NCBI RefSeq assembly: GCF_001194135.2
Contig: NC_068994.1
Coordinates: forward strand, 41,717,293 to 41,781,292
Length of the DNA: 64,000 nucleotides
Reading direction: 5' to 3'
Source: Octopus bimaculoides
Taxonomy: Eukaryota
Numbering within the stretch: position 1 is the stretch's first letter; every line of letters starts with the position of its first letter. The notes under the pieces are model-generated. The model was not told the origin of the DNA, made no database searches, and worked only from the letters and a program-made list of their open reading frames with translations. The translations under genes were made by a program, and so were the position numbers. Shown here in pieces: positions 26,955 to 40,609 of the stretch.

Positions 26955-27653
26955 CGTATTTTATGTTACAATTAGTTTGCACTGTGCAGATATTCTCCTT
27001 ATGAGCTGTTGCCTTGCAATCACAATGGTTTTGATATATTTCAACAGCATCATTTCATTCAGCAGTGTGAAGTGACATTCATATTAACAGGGAGTGTCCA
27101 GGTTGTTTTGGCCCACATTATAACGCATGCACTTTACCGGCATTCATCCATATACACATACATCTAAATCTATATCTATAACTACATATATGTGTAATAT
27201 ATGTATATATACATATAGGCATTATGTCTGTGTTTACGTATAATATATGTGCATTAAATTATGCACAGACATTCCACATTTGGAAAAAAGAGAGAAAAAC
27301 TAGCCAGACCATACAAGTAACATTCCATCTCTGTCTTTTCCTCCCTCCTCTCTCTCTCTCTTTCTCTTTTTCTTTCTTTCTAACTCTAACTAACTATAAT
27401 GGAAGTGTTAATCAATAGTTAGTTTCTCACCTGATGATGCACTAAATACTTAACAGTAATCAGCATGATTTACATGAAGTCAGAGCTCTTTGATAATCTG
27501 ATCCTCCCTCTCTCTCTCAATCTCGACACACATACATATATATGTATTATATGCATGCAAAAACACACACAAGCACACACACACACACATACATACACAC
27601 ACAAGCACTCACACACGCACATACAAACACATATATGCACATGCATACATACA

Positions 27654-27692
<39 letters not shown>

Positions 27693-27963
27693 TGTATGTG
27701 TGTGTGTGTGCATGTATTAGTATATTGTTAACATCAGAAGAATTTACAAACTTTTGAAAGAATGTAGAATTGATTCTCGAAATATAAACAAAGCTTTATG
27801 TGTTTTGAGAACCAATTCTCAAAAAGAATTAATCCATATATAAGTATATATATAAATGTGTGTATGTATATATACATATATATAATAATATAAAAATATA
27901 AAAATATATGATCGAATGCCACGCATCCTTTTCAAAGTAAGTTTTACACACACACACACACGC

Positions 27964-28004
<41 letters not shown>

Positions 28005-28461
28005 AATTCAATTAAAGAGAGAGACAGAAGATGGAAAATACAAGAATGTTTATTAATCTCTACAAATGTTTCAACCTATTGATCCTCCAACACACATTTA
28101 TACATATATTCATATATCATCCTCATCCTTATTCTCATACACCTCAGCATCATCATCATTGAATGTCCATGTTCTGTGCTAGCATGTGTTGGACAGTTTG
28201 AGAAGATCTAGAAAGCTGCATGGCTGCGTATGGTTATAGCATCAACTTTTGCATGGTATCTGTGGTTGGATACCCTTCCTAACACCAACCACTTTACTGA
28301 GTGTATTGGGTGCTTTCTTTCAGGCCACCAGCACTCGTGAATTTCCTATATATGCATCTGGAACTCGGTCAGTTATAACAACGAAGCCTTCAGTTGTCTA
28401 GTCAATGGAATAGACTACCCATGAAGTTAATGTGGAAGTGACTGAGCAGTCCACAGACATA

Positions 28462-28520
<59 letters not shown>

Positions 28521-29020
28521 ACACACATACATATGTATATACTTGAAGAAAATTTCCTTAAATTAAAAATCATTATATATATTAAAATAACTTAAAAATA
28601 TGTAGAATGACAAGCACCTTTGAGAAGGAAGTTTTCATATCATGTATAAGTGCTTTTGCTGCTTACAGCTTTTCAGACACACATGCTATGAATGAAACAT
28701 TGTGCAAGTTGTTGGTGTCTCTTGAAATAAAATATATTTAGTCATATGAATGTATGTGTGTATGTATGAATGTATGTAAACTTGCATAGTGCTTATGAAA
28801 TTATACTGAAAGAATATGTAAAAACATAAAAAAGTACAAAACCAAATTGTGGCTTTCTCATAAAATAACTCTGTACAGCATTTATTCAACCTAAGGTGCA
28901 GAGACAGCCCTTCATCACTCTCATTGACACCAGTACAACCATAGACCTGTAGCCAGCAGTGCTGTTATTTACCTAATGTATTGTAAAATAACTAAAATAC
29001 AGCACAAGATTCTAATTCAT

Positions 29021-29244
29021 TTAACCCATTAGCATTTTAACTGGCCATATCAGGCCTAAATATTCAATGTTTTACTTTCATACTAATCAGATTCAGCTTC
29101 TCACACCTACCATACAATGTCATTCTAAAAATATGCGACCACATCATTGAAATCTGAAAGCTACGAGGTAATGTATGATTAATTCAAACCAATTTGAATA
29201 AATAAGCATTATATTTGAATGTATATATGAATTCTAAAGGGTTA
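29021..29244. mobile_element. piggyBac-type MITE
   Basis: TTAACCCATTAGCATTTTAACTGGCCATATC...ATTCTAAAGGGTTA, homologous to 48802-49029. Confidence 0.7.
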
Positions 29245-30689
29245 TTCATGCGAAAGTTGATTGATATGTTTTTCTGTCTCTAGCTCATCTTTTTTATAAA
29301 GATTTGTGAGGATTCTTGAAGGAACCATGGCTGTTTTACAAATATCACATATTATATTTCATGAAAAATCTTGTTCAAGAAAAAGATATTAAGTAATTAA
29401 TTTTGAAATATATACTTTGAGACTAACTCCTTTTAATAATGTGGATAGAAAAGCAACCATCAACTTTATTTACGAGTTACCTTCTGGAAAATATTCATCT
29501 TTGATAATTTGTGTTCTCTTTTGCTTTATCCTTGAAATAATTCTATATAAGTCCACAAATAATACACTAGTATGTATTACATACATCTCGATTTTGGAGC
29601 TTGTTGTAGCTTGTTGAATGGAGAGGCTCTTAGCAATGAGAAATAAGTCAATTAGAAGTAAACATAACTTTGAGCAACTTTATAAGCAACACAAAAGTTT
29701 ACATAAGTGAGAAGAGGAGATTTTTTCCTGCAAGAACTTACTCTTACTTTTAATAACAACATATGTTTTCAATAGCTCATTGTTTTGGTTACCTCATTTT
29801 CTGTTTAATTCTTGGCTTCCCGTGCAGGAGTAAGAAATGCTCAATCCAAAACATTGATAATTCATATTTACATGGCAAGATGACTACCAGTAAACTGCTT
29901 CACTCAAAAACAGGTAGCAATTTTAGTGGCATACTTCTTTTGTTATACTCTAGACTCTGACCTTTCTGACAGCTTAAATTCTCTTGAAATTCTAATAATA
30001 TCATGTATAACACACATCTTGATTTCAGAGCCTAAATTGTCTTCAAACTCTTAAATATCATGTATAACATGCTGTGTGAGACAACTGCTACATGAGTAGG
30101 AAAGCTACTATAAACCAATTTCATCATCATCATTTAATGCCCGCTTTCCATGCTGGCATGGGTTGGACAGTTTGACTGAGGACTGGTGAGCCAGATGGCT
30201 GCACCAAGCTCCAAATTTATTATTATTTATTTTTATATTTCAGTTGCAAACAGAATTGTCAGCTCACAGGGCAAAATACTGAGCAGCTGATCATCCATCT
30301 TTATGTTTTGGGTTCAAATTTTGTTGAGGTCAGTCTTGCCTTTCATCATTTTGGGGCTGATAAATTAAGTACCAGTCAAGTACTGGAGTCAGTGTGATTG
30401 ACTTTCCCCTCCTCCGGAATTTCAGGCCTTGTACCTATAGTGGAAAGTCCTGGGGCCAATTTGTTCAACTAAAGGCAGTGCTCCAGCATGGTCACAGTCA
30501 AATGACTGAAAAAAGTAAAAGAATAAGACAATAAAAGAATACATATTTGAGTGTGAGTATATGTGTATGTATGTGTATATGTATGTATACACACACATAT
30601 TTATGTATGTATATATACACAAAACCCATGCTAGAGTGGAAGACAGATGATGACGACGATGATGATGATGATGACGATGATAATGATGA

Positions 30690-30728
<39 letters not shown>

Positions 30729-31714
30729 TACATACATACATGTGCAGTTTTTAATCTACCAGGTGCCTAAATTCCATTCACAAATCATTGAAAGACCTAA
30801 GGCTATGATAAAAGACTTTTATTTTGGATATCGCACAGTAGAATTGAACCCAGAACCATCAGAATCACATGGCTGTGATACAGACTCTTTATTCACACAG
30901 ACACGATTGCACTTATTCACTATTTGCAGTCAATGACATTCTTACTTTCTTTCATTCTTTCATTGTCTCTTTCTTTTATTCTTTCTTTCTTTCTTCTTTT
31001 TTTTTTTTTCTTCTTTTAGTGGTAAATTCCATTTTATGTAATCAATCAATCAACAATAGAGTGCATAAGATGTTGCAATATCTTTGTAGACTACTAATGC
31101 ACTTGCATTTATAACACTCCAAGAGATATACAAGAGACAATGAACTTGAGTAATTATCTGCATCGAGAGATTGGAAGCAATAGATAAGTCCTGCTATCTA
31201 AGACACTTGATTAATGCAGTAACCAAGGACAGTTAGTCTCTAGGGTTTGCTGTGAATGGAAGAATCTTAGATAACCAGCATTATAAGATGGCAATGAGGA
31301 GCTCTCTCCACATACAAAAGTAATATCGAGTGGTGCTAAACTATGATATGGATTGGTAGGGAAAGTAGTGCATCTGAAGAATTTGAAACGAAATGAGATT
31401 ATTATGATTTGCATGATCTATATTCTTATTTATTAATATTTAAGAACCACTCATAAATGCATGCATACGTACACATGCACATACATGTGCACACAAGTCC
31501 ATGTACATGTAATGTGTTCGCGAGTTGTACGTGTGTGTGTGTGTATGTGTGTGTGTGTGTTTTAGTCTGCATATGATGAAAAGAAAACTCGAAATTAATG
31601 TGATAAGGAGCAATGACGCAGCAGATATGAAGGAGAGCACGGTTGATGAGAAATGTTTAAATTAGAAATAATTAGAAGGAAAGCAAACCCAGGGAAAAGA
31701 AAAAAAATAAGTAG

Positions 31715-31770
31715 TGACCTCAGTTGACCTCCTTTGACCTAAGATGACCTAAGTTGACCTAAGTTGACCC
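31715..31770. repeat. Six TGACC(T/C) half-sites at exact 10-bp period (DR4 array)
   Basis: TGACCT cagt TGACCT cctt TGACCT aaga TGACCT aagt TGACCT aagt TGACCC. Confidence 0.9.
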
Positions 31771-31849
31771 AAGAGTGTTTTATCTAAGAAAAGAGTCTAA
31801 ATAGAGAATAGAAAAAGGAAAAAAAAGAAATGAATAAAAAGAATAGAAG

Positions 31850-32085
31850 GAAATTTGACAGTGAAGATCTAACTGAAGATATGTGAAGAGAGGAATCTAC
31901 TGTTAAAATGAAGGAAGAATTACATAACACAAGCCAGCTAGGAAGATGGGAATTCACAGGTCTAGAGGGTCTTCAGGCATAGGGGAAGGAATTATTGATG
32001 AAATGCTCAGCAAAGTAAACATAGTTAGGAAATATACCCAGAGATGATACCTGCTGCATGGAGTATTAATATTGAAGTGTGTGCT
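31850..32085 (+). mobile_element. Decayed LINE (RTE-like) pre-RT/RT fragment
   Basis: Plus frames give IIDEMLSKVNIVRK and, after a shift, EMIPAAWSINIEVCAI. This resembles ITEEEV.KA...K.GKAPGPD.IPAEAW. It shares TCCATGCAGCAGGTATC (in inverted orientation) with 14519-14535. Confidence 0.35.
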
Positions 32086-32317
32086 ATAGAAATTAGTCAT
32101 TCATATATTTCCATCTTCTCCTGACCTGTTTGCAACTGTTATGTGGTTGCTCAACCTCGTGCTTAGAAATAGCAACTAAATATCCTTCAAATTGCACTCT
32201 ACTGACTTGAATAAAAAAAAGGAAGAACACATTGGATAATGTAGCACTAGATATATTATGCTTGATCAAATGAAAAAAACATTTGGAATGGTCATGGTTG
32301 GAACATTGTTGATATAT

Positions 32318-32483
32318 AGGCACAGGAGTGGCTGTATGGTAAGGAGCTTGCTTACCAACCACATGGTTCTGGGTTCAGTCCCACTGTGTGGCACCTTGCG
32401 CAAGTGTCTTCTACTATAGCCTCGGGCCGACCAAAGCCTTGTGAGTGGATTTGGTAGACAGAAACTGAAAGAAGCCCGTCGTA

Positions 32484-32530
<47 letters not shown>

Positions 32531-32741
32531 TTGTGTGTCTGTGTTTGTCCCCCCACCATCGCTTGACAACTGATGCTGGTGTGTTTACATCCCCGTAACT
32601 TAGCGGTTCTGCAAAAAGAGACCGATAGAATAAGTACTAGGCTTACAAAGAATAAGTCCCAGGATCGATTTTCTTGACTAAAGGCGGTGCTCCAGCATGG
32701 CTGCAGTCAAATGACTGAAACAAGTAAAAGAGTAAAAGAGA
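32318..32741 (+). mobile_element. Full-length tRNA-derived SINE
   Basis: Same family as 8655, with head, internal microsatellite and GAGTAAAAGAG tail. Confidence 0.92.
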
Positions 32742-33257
32742 GTATAAATCTTCTTGATCACAGCTGAATTGAGTGCTTAAAAGCAACAACCTCTACATGA
32801 CTATACTGGGACTGAACCTGAAACCATGTAGTTGCAAGGCAAGCTTCTAGCTACACATGGATATGTTACAGTCTCATTTAACCTTTTCTATAGAATCTTG
32901 TGCCTACAATAGTCATGCACCATATAACGATTCTTGTGTATGTCACAAGCATTAACAATAATAATAGCTTTGAATTTTCATGTATGTCCTGGATTTCACA
33001 TGGAGTTTTATCTGTGAAATAATTATATAAAACAAAATTTGTACTTATTTGATAAGAAGTTGTGTAATTTCTTCAAAAATATTTTGACTATGGTATTTAT
33101 GATAATTACCTTTATGATAATTAAATGAGTTTTCGTTTTAAAAGCGATATGTCATAGTGATTTTGTTTTTAGCATACATTTGTTTTGCAAGATTCTTGAT
33201 GTAACCTTCTGTGTTGGAACATATTTTGTTGTATCTCAAGCGGTTCATTATTTCAAT

Positions 33258-33330
<73 letters not shown>

Positions 33331-33609
33331 GTGGCTCTAACTAGGAGACAAACAGGCAGACCTGAAACAAACCTGGAGTAGAAAAGACATTTCATTGATA
33401 AGGTCACAAATGGCAATGAAAAGACTTTGGCAAACCTAGCTGATTGCTTGAATAACTGAATGATTAATCAAATAATTGATTAGTTAATTACTTTAATGAT
33501 TAATCAATTGATAAATAAAAGATGAAGAAGTTAAAAAGTGCTAATGCTTGCTTTTATGATGAGCATAATGACCCTCCCAAGATACAACAAAATATCACAT
33601 TGTCTTCAT

Positions 33610-33935
33610 GTGAAGGTGCATGGCTTAGTGGTTAGAGTATTTGGCTCACAATCATAAGGTCATGAGTTCAATTCTCAGTGACATGTTGTGTCCTTGAGCA
33701 AGACACTTTATTTCACGTTGCTCCAGTTCACTCAGCTGGCAAAAATGAGTAGTACCTGTAATTCAAAGGGCCAGCCTTGTCACACTCTATGTCATGCTGA
33801 ATCTCCCTGGGAACTACATTAACAGTTCACATGTCTGTGGACTGCTCATCCACTTGCACATTAATTTCATGAGCAGGTTCTCCTGTTGATCAAATCAAAC
33901 TGGAACCCTTGTCGTCGTAGCCGATGGAGTGCCAG
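33610..33935 (+). mobile_element. tRNA-derived SINE variant
   Basis: GTGAAGGTGCATGGCTTAGTGGTTAGAG head and T-rich end, homologous to 17145 and 48600. Confidence 0.85.
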
Positions 33936-34554
33936 TTTTTTTTTTTTACATTGTCTTCATAAATAATTATCATAAATCACTTTAAAATTATCACATAAAT
34001 GTCAGTTGTATAAAATATTTCCCATCATCCTTTAATTTTGTACTAGGAACTAAAGCAGTCACTTGATAGAAATATGTTGTATATCATTAAAGTAAACAAG
34101 TGTGGTTTTATTCTCAGACATCTTTTGTCTTTTATTCTCTCTTGATCCAATAAAAGGCTAAAAAAACTGAATATAAGAGAAATCAGACGTAAAGTGTGAA
34201 GGAAGACATTGCTCTGGCACAGAGAAATGATCATCATCATTATCATCATCATCATCATCAGTATTTAGTGTATGTCTTCAATGCTAGCATGGGTTGGATG
34301 GGTTGACCAAAACAGGCCAGCCAGAGAACTGCACCGAGTTCTGCTGTATGATTTGGCATGATTCCTATGGCTGGATGTCCTTTCTAATGTCAACATGTAT
34401 GAAAAAAATGACAGTTAGTTGAAGACATATCGAGTAACTCAAATGAATGTTAACTACAGAAGAGGAAGACCTAGGAAGACACTGAAAGGAGTAACAAAGG
34501 GGACGCCACGGGGGATTACAATAGGTGACAAAGCACTGCACTCAAACAATGTTG

Positions 34555-34633
34555 ATGATGGCCCTCATCATCAACATCATCATCATTATCCTCCTCCTCC
34601 TCCTCCTCATCATCATCATCATCGTCATCATCG

Positions 34634-34667
<34 letters not shown>

Positions 34668-34850
34668 TGTCATCACTACAGCTGCCACTACCGAAACCAC
34701 CAAAACCATTGCTGCTCCCACCACAGCTGCTTCCACTGCTGCCACTTACGCTGCCACCACCATTGCAGCTGTTGCCACTGTTGCTATCTCTAGCACTACC
34801 ACCATCAACACCGTCACTTCCACTATCTTCATCATCATCATCATTTTAAA
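34555..34850. repeat. Compound (CAT)n/(CCT)n/(CAC/GCT) low-complexity tract
   Basis: Directly visible. It explains the His, Ile, Met and Pro-rich ORFs at 34419-34878. Confidence 0.9.
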
Positions 34851-37800
34851 ATCGTTTCCCCATGCTGACATGGATTAAATAAAGTTTTCTGAGGCAGTGT
34901 TTCACTAGCAGATGCCCTTCTTCTCACCAACTCTTTAAATCACATCATACACCTAGACCTACAACCCTCTCATCAGTACATTTAACGTTCCCATTTCTAG
35001 CTATGCTGTTTTTCACAAATGAATTATATCAAAATCCTTCACAACAGTCTTCTCTTTCGGCTTCATCAATTTTAAGCATCCTAAATGATGCAATATTTGT
35101 CAAACAAATATTAACACTAAGCGCCAGTGTTATCACTCATACACATTTTCTTAACACCTAAGCATATCTTACTCAACACTTTTAAACTTCAACTGCTGCA
35201 CAAAACCTAAACGCAGCTGCCAAATACTTCCTAGCCTATTATAAAGAGAGACTTAAAGTCACCTGCGCATCACTAATAAATAACTAATCCTCAACACAAA
35301 TACATGCGTTTATTAAATAGAAATGCACACACCTGTTAAACAGAAAGGTAATTATATCTGTTAAATAGAAATCTGCATATCTGTGTTGCAGGTGCAGGAA
35401 TGAATGTGTGGTAAAAAGCTTGTTTCTCAACCGTATGGTTGCAGGTTCAGTCCCACTTCATGGCTCCTTGGACAACTTCTTTCTACTATAACCTAGGCCC
35501 AGCCAAAGCCTAGTGAGTAGATTTGGTAGATGGAAACTGAATGAAGCCTGCTTGTGTCTAAATGTGTGTTTTTGTCCACCTGCCACCACTTGACAACCGG
35601 TGTTAGTGTATTTACATCACCATAACTTAGCGGTTCAGCAAAAAGATGGAGATATGTGTGTGTGTCTGTGTGTCTGTCTGTGTATATATATATATGTATA
35701 TATAATGTACACACACACACACATATTTGAATATATATGATAGGTTTCATTTCCATCTACCAAATCCACTGACAAGGCGTTGGTCGAACCAAGGCTATAG
35801 TAGAGGACACCTGCCCAAGGTGCCATGCAGTAGGACTGTACCCAGAATCATGTAGTTGGGAGGTTTCAGCCATAGGACTGCAGCCATGATAGAGTACCAC
35901 TTTAATTTATTTCCTATCAGTTTTGTCATTACTTTATGGCTGGAAGCTGATCTGTGATTGAGTTGGTACCAGCTGATCTCCTCTGAGAGCATCCTTGAAT
36001 GGCTGACTGATGCATTGTTAGGAGTTTATCCAATGTTTTTTTCCTTAGTATTACAGTAGAGGTTCCTTTTATATTTCTGATTACTTTAGGTAAGCAGTTG
36101 AACAGTTGAGGACCTCTGAATATCAGTGTCTTTGTTCATGATTTTGAAAATGATATATTTGGAAGCTGACTGTGTCTAACAGTTTGTGCATTAAAATTCT
36201 CTCTCTAATTCTGAAGTTTGGAACAAGATTTTCCATACATATATAATAGTATATCTCTCTCTTCAGCATTCAAGATAGCAGAGATGCAATGCTTTCAAAT
36301 ATTCTCAATAGTTCAGGCTTTTAACCAAAGTTATTTTACTGATAAGCATTCTTTGTAACCCTTCAATTTCTTCTATGAGACTGGATGAGTTAGGAGACCA
36401 AAGGTGTGAGCAGTAATCTAACCTGCTCAGAACTCAGGTTTTCCATAGAGTTAGCCATGCTACTGGTTCTCTTGTCATGAAGGTTTGTAGAATCCATCCT
36501 ATGAGATGTCTGCATTTAGAGGTCAGTTTAGTTATGTGGCTAATGCAAAATGCATCATTTATCATTTAACATGATTACTCCTAAGTCCTGTGTGTCATTA
36601 GCACTCTGAATCAATCTGGTGTCAAAGATTGTGATTTGTGTGTATTCCTTTTGTAATGAAGAACCTGAAATTTTCATGTATTAAATTTCATATTGTTTTA
36701 ATCTACCAATTGATAAATGAGGTTTAGCTCATTTTGGAGTATGACAGTATCTTCTGGAGTTCGGATAGCCATGGATATTTTTGCATCATCAGCGTAACTC
36801 ATTAGTTTAGATGAGTGCACTTGTGAGAGGGTGACAATAAATAATAATAGTCTGAGAACCACTCCTTGAGGCATACCAATTATAACAGATGACTTTGCAG
36901 AGAGATAACCATTTGCAGAAACAGATTGATTTCTGCCATGTAGGAAGTCAAAGAACTATTCTTTGAGTTTTCCTGTGAGACCAAGATCCCTTAACTTATG
37001 ACAGACAATTCCATGATCAATCTTGTTAAATGCCTTAACAAAATCAAAATATATACAGCCAGTGTCCTTTCCTTTCAAGAGATTATTAAGAATAGTGTTA
37101 TAGTGCTGTAACAGTTGTGAAAGACAACTTCATCCAATCCCAAAACCATGCTGTATTTCATCTACGAGGTTGTTTTCCTCAAGGCATGTAATAATTCTAT
37201 TTTGGACAATGCATTTGATATAATTTTACTTGTGTGAGATGTGAAAGAAACAGGTCTGTAATTTTAGCTTCAGCCCTGCTACCCTCCTTTGTGTGATGTT
37301 ACTTTTGTCTCTTTCAGTTGTTCTGAGAATTTTCCGGTATCTAGCGACTTTTGAGTTTGAATCTAGGTCATTATAAGTTTGAATATAGGTCATTGTAAGT
37401 ATATCATCTTTTATCGGATTATTAATTTTTAAATGTGTCTCTGCAGTTGAGTTCTGGTGATCAATGAATTCATTTGGCTCATGTATTATTTTGTTAACTA
37501 TCGTTATAGAAAATGCAATGTCATAATGTCAACTGAAGAATGTATATATTTATGATGATATGATCCATTTTGATCCATTAGAGAGTCAATCTGGTTTTGT
37601 GTAACTGATTTTTACTTAGCAAAGTGTAAAAATAACTCAGAGATAGATTTTATATTTTACACTGCTTGTTGCTCCCTTAGTAAAGTTTCTTCTTCATCAT
37701 ATAGTTTTAGATCCAGTTCGATGTCCTTTTTCTTTCTCAATATCATATGTTGAGTGAGTTTGACTCTTTAGTTGATTTGTCGGTTTCATTCTATCACACA

Positions 37801-37896
37801 TTAGTATCCATCTATCATGCAGAATCAAGTGCCTGTGGGAATAGGCATACTTTCAACAGATCCTGATTAACTCTTCATACAGAAACTTCATCCGTT

Positions 37897-38133
37897 AAAG
37901 GCGGCAAGCTGGAAGAAACGCTAACATGCTGGTCGAAATGCCTAGTGGTATTTCGTCTGCCGTTACATTCTGAGTTCAAATTCTGCCTAGGTCAACTTTG
38001 CCTTTCATCCTTTCGGGGTCAATAAATTAAGTACTAGTTATGCACTAGGGTCAATGTAATCAACTTAATCCCTTTGTCTGTCCTTGTTTGTCCCCTCTAT
38101 GTTTAGCCCCTTGTAGGCAATAAAGAAATAAGT
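37897..38133 (+). mobile_element. SINE inserted into the LINE with a 13-bp TSD
   Basis: AACTTCATCCGTT at 37884-37896 and 38134-38146 flanks the AAAGGCGGCAAGCTGG...GGCAATAAAGAAATAAGT element. Confidence 0.92.
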
Positions 38134-39152
38134 AACTTCATCCGTTTATTAACATTGGGGTTGCCAATATGCTCAGACCAGTTTGTTTCAAGGATTTCAA
38201 TGTCAATTTCCTTCCACTTGAACTTCCTGAAATTCAAGTTTATGCAGAGTAAGTTATGTTTGATGTTATTTGACAATTGCATAATGTTGTGGTTGGAAAT
38301 AGCTGTGGGAATGATCTGATCTTCGTGAATGAAGTNNNNNNNNNNNNNNNNNNNNNNNNNNNNNNNNNNNNNNNNNNNNNNNNNNNNNNNNNNNNNNNNN
38401 NNNNNNNNNNNNNNNNNNNNNNNNNNNNNNNNNNNNNNNNNNNNNNNNNNNNNNNNNNNNNNNNNNNNNNNNNNNNNNNNNNNNNNNNNNNNNNNNNNNN
38501 NNNNNNNNNNNNNNNNNNNNNNNNNNNNNNNNNNNNNNNNNNNNNNNNNNNNNNNNNNNNNNNNNNNNNNNNNNNNNNNNNNNNNNNNNNNNNNNNNNNN
38601 NNNNNNNAATGTTGTGGTTGGAAATAGCTGTGGGAATGATCTGATCTTCGTGAATGAAGTCCGTATTGGTTGTAAAGACTAGGTTGAGAATGTTATTTCC
38701 CCTAGTTGAACAGGTAATAATTTGTTGCACGAGGAAGTCTTTAGTGATATCGAGAAAAAACATTCATATCTCCCCTGTTCAGTTGTTTCATTTCAGGTTG
38801 GATATAACCCTTAGGTCAGCTGAGGCTAGGAAAATTAAAGCTCCCTGCTAAAAGTACATTGACTTGTGAGCTGGGCTCATTTGGGGTTTGACTTATGAAC
38901 CACAAAGCATCTTTGAAGTGATCCTTGTAGTTAGCTGCATCAGCAAGACTAAAGACAATGCCTATGCTCAAACTGAGGTCAATCGCATGCATTATTAGCA
39001 TATTGCACACTGTGTTTGAGTGGGAGAGGAGAACATTTCTTACCCGGTCTTCTTGAATGATGATCACTATTTCTCCTTGTTTCCATATTCTATAGTCCGT
39101 TCTGAATAGTATGTAACCTGACATATACTTCTGCATCCATTATGTTTGGGGT

Positions 39153-39326
39153 CAGGAACTTTTCACTTGGTACTCCACGTATTATCTTTTCTCCTCCCAG
39201 GTACTTTTTACTTGGTACTCCACATATTATCTTTTCTCCTCTCAGGTACTTTTCACTTGGTACTCCTCATATTATCTTTTCTCCTCCCAGGTACTTTTCA
39301 CTTGGTACTCCTCATTATCTTTTCTC
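39153..39326 (-). repeat. 45-bp tandem repeat, about 4 copies, at the LINE endonuclease N-terminus
   Basis: CAGG(T/A)ACTTTT starts at 39153, 39198, 39243 and 39288. The minus-strand unit encodes GGEKIICGVPSEKYL. Confidence 0.9.
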
Positions 39327-39399
39327 GCTGTACAAGGTCTCTCTCACTGAGCAAAGTCCCTTAGATACGATACTTTTGTTTGATTCATGAAGTGTGAAA

Positions 39400-40510
39400 G
39401 ACCTTGTACAATTGGCATTATTACTGAGTTGAGGTTGTGGGTGAATGACAGCAATGGTATGGTTGTGTACTGGCGTGATAGCAGTGGTTGATGCTATGTG
39501 AGAACTAGAAGATTTTTAAATTTCTTTTGCTAGATTCATCATCGCTAAAACAGAATTTTCTTTTCTGGAAGGGGTCGTTGTCTAGAGTTGGTATGGTTGC
39601 ACTGTTGAATATGGTTATAATTATATTGTTTGCAACTGTTAATTTTACTATTGTACTCAGACTTCTGGATTTCGATGAAAGTCTGGACCAACACTGCCAC
39701 TGTAAGGGATGTTTCTACTGTGAATTTGGTGGTAGTTCAGTCTCATGCTTTTATTAGTGCATTGAGTCCCTGGAAGATGAGTGAAGGGACAGTCACAAAT
39801 CAGACATAATATTTTGTGTTGGGAATAGCTACAGATTAAGATTCTGGGTTACTGTGTAGAAGTTATTAAGTATGATTTAGCATTTAGTGGTGGTGGCGGC
39901 AGAGGTGGTGGTGGTGTAAGATGTATGGTTTGACATTGGCCGGTATTGTATGTACAAATTGTGTATCTAGTCCCAGATAAATTGGTGAAGTTACAATGAC
40001 TGCATATTTGTAGTCTTTCCATTGAGAATAGTGGCATATTTTAGGGTTTCACGTGTTCATAATTTTATTTTATTGGCTATTGGCAGATTTATCATGGAGC
40101 TGTCAGGTATACATTTAGATTGAGGTGGACAGTGGATGAAGAAAGGGGTGATTCTTCACTAATTGGAACAGAAGTAGGTGTTATGGTAGTAGCAGTAGAA
40201 TAGGATAACAATGGTGATTGTGGATCTCTTGTGTTTGAGTGGCCTGACTGTGGAGAAGAGCTAGAGACTGTGTTGTTTAATGGGTCATCAATTGTTCTAA
40301 TATTGAAGAATGACTCCAATGCTGATCTTGATGTTATTGTTATTGTTTAGTTGTGGCAAGGGTAGTAGTAGTAGTAGAACATGATGGTAACGATGATGAT
40401 GGACCAGTTATGGTATTCAAAGGACATGAGGAAGCTGATAGCTAGACTGTGAAGGGCTCTTGATTGTGAAGTTTAATAGATCATCAATTGTGCTAGTATT
40501 GAGGAGTAGC
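39400..40510 (-). pseudogene. Possible decayed ORF1 or 5' region of the adjacent LINE
   Basis: Broken Ser/Thr/Pro/Asn-rich frames immediately upstream of ORF2 on the same strand, with an internally duplicated motif (LNTSTIDDLLN / FNIRTIDDPLN) and a Cys-containing patch ICSHCNF. No recognised domain. Confidence 0.3.
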
Positions 40511-40519
40511 TGTGGTTGC

Positions 40520-40555
<36 letters not shown>

Positions 40556-40578
40556 GCCTCCATATCTGGTCACATTGA

Positions 40579-40607
<29 letters not shown>

Positions 40608-40609
<2 letters not shown>

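Larger units (their letters stand above)
35900..39330 (-). mobile_element. Decayed near-complete ORF2 of a CR1/L2-type LINE (APE endonuclease plus RT)
   Basis: Minus strand motifs: MSGYILFRTD, STRGNNILNLVFT...ISNHN (endonuclease); YFDFVKAFNKIDHG, GMPQGVVL, SYADDAK (YADD at 36785-36796), LIGWILQTFMTR, SRLDYCSHLWSP and GPQLFNCLPK (RT and C-terminus). Many stops and frameshifts. Confidence 0.9.

Noticed and set aside
31954-32050. Apparent minus-strand terminal exon (YHLWVYFLTMFTLLSISSIIPSPMPEDPLDL* or VSSLGIFPNYVYFAEHF...), with a 17-bp identity to 14519-14535 suggesting paralogous exons or 33-nt microexons
   Set aside because: On the opposite strand both copies read P..IPAAW...V.A, resembling the LINE RT motif GPDGIPAEAWK, so two decayed retroelement fragments explain the homology more simply. 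RNA-seq junctions would overturn this.
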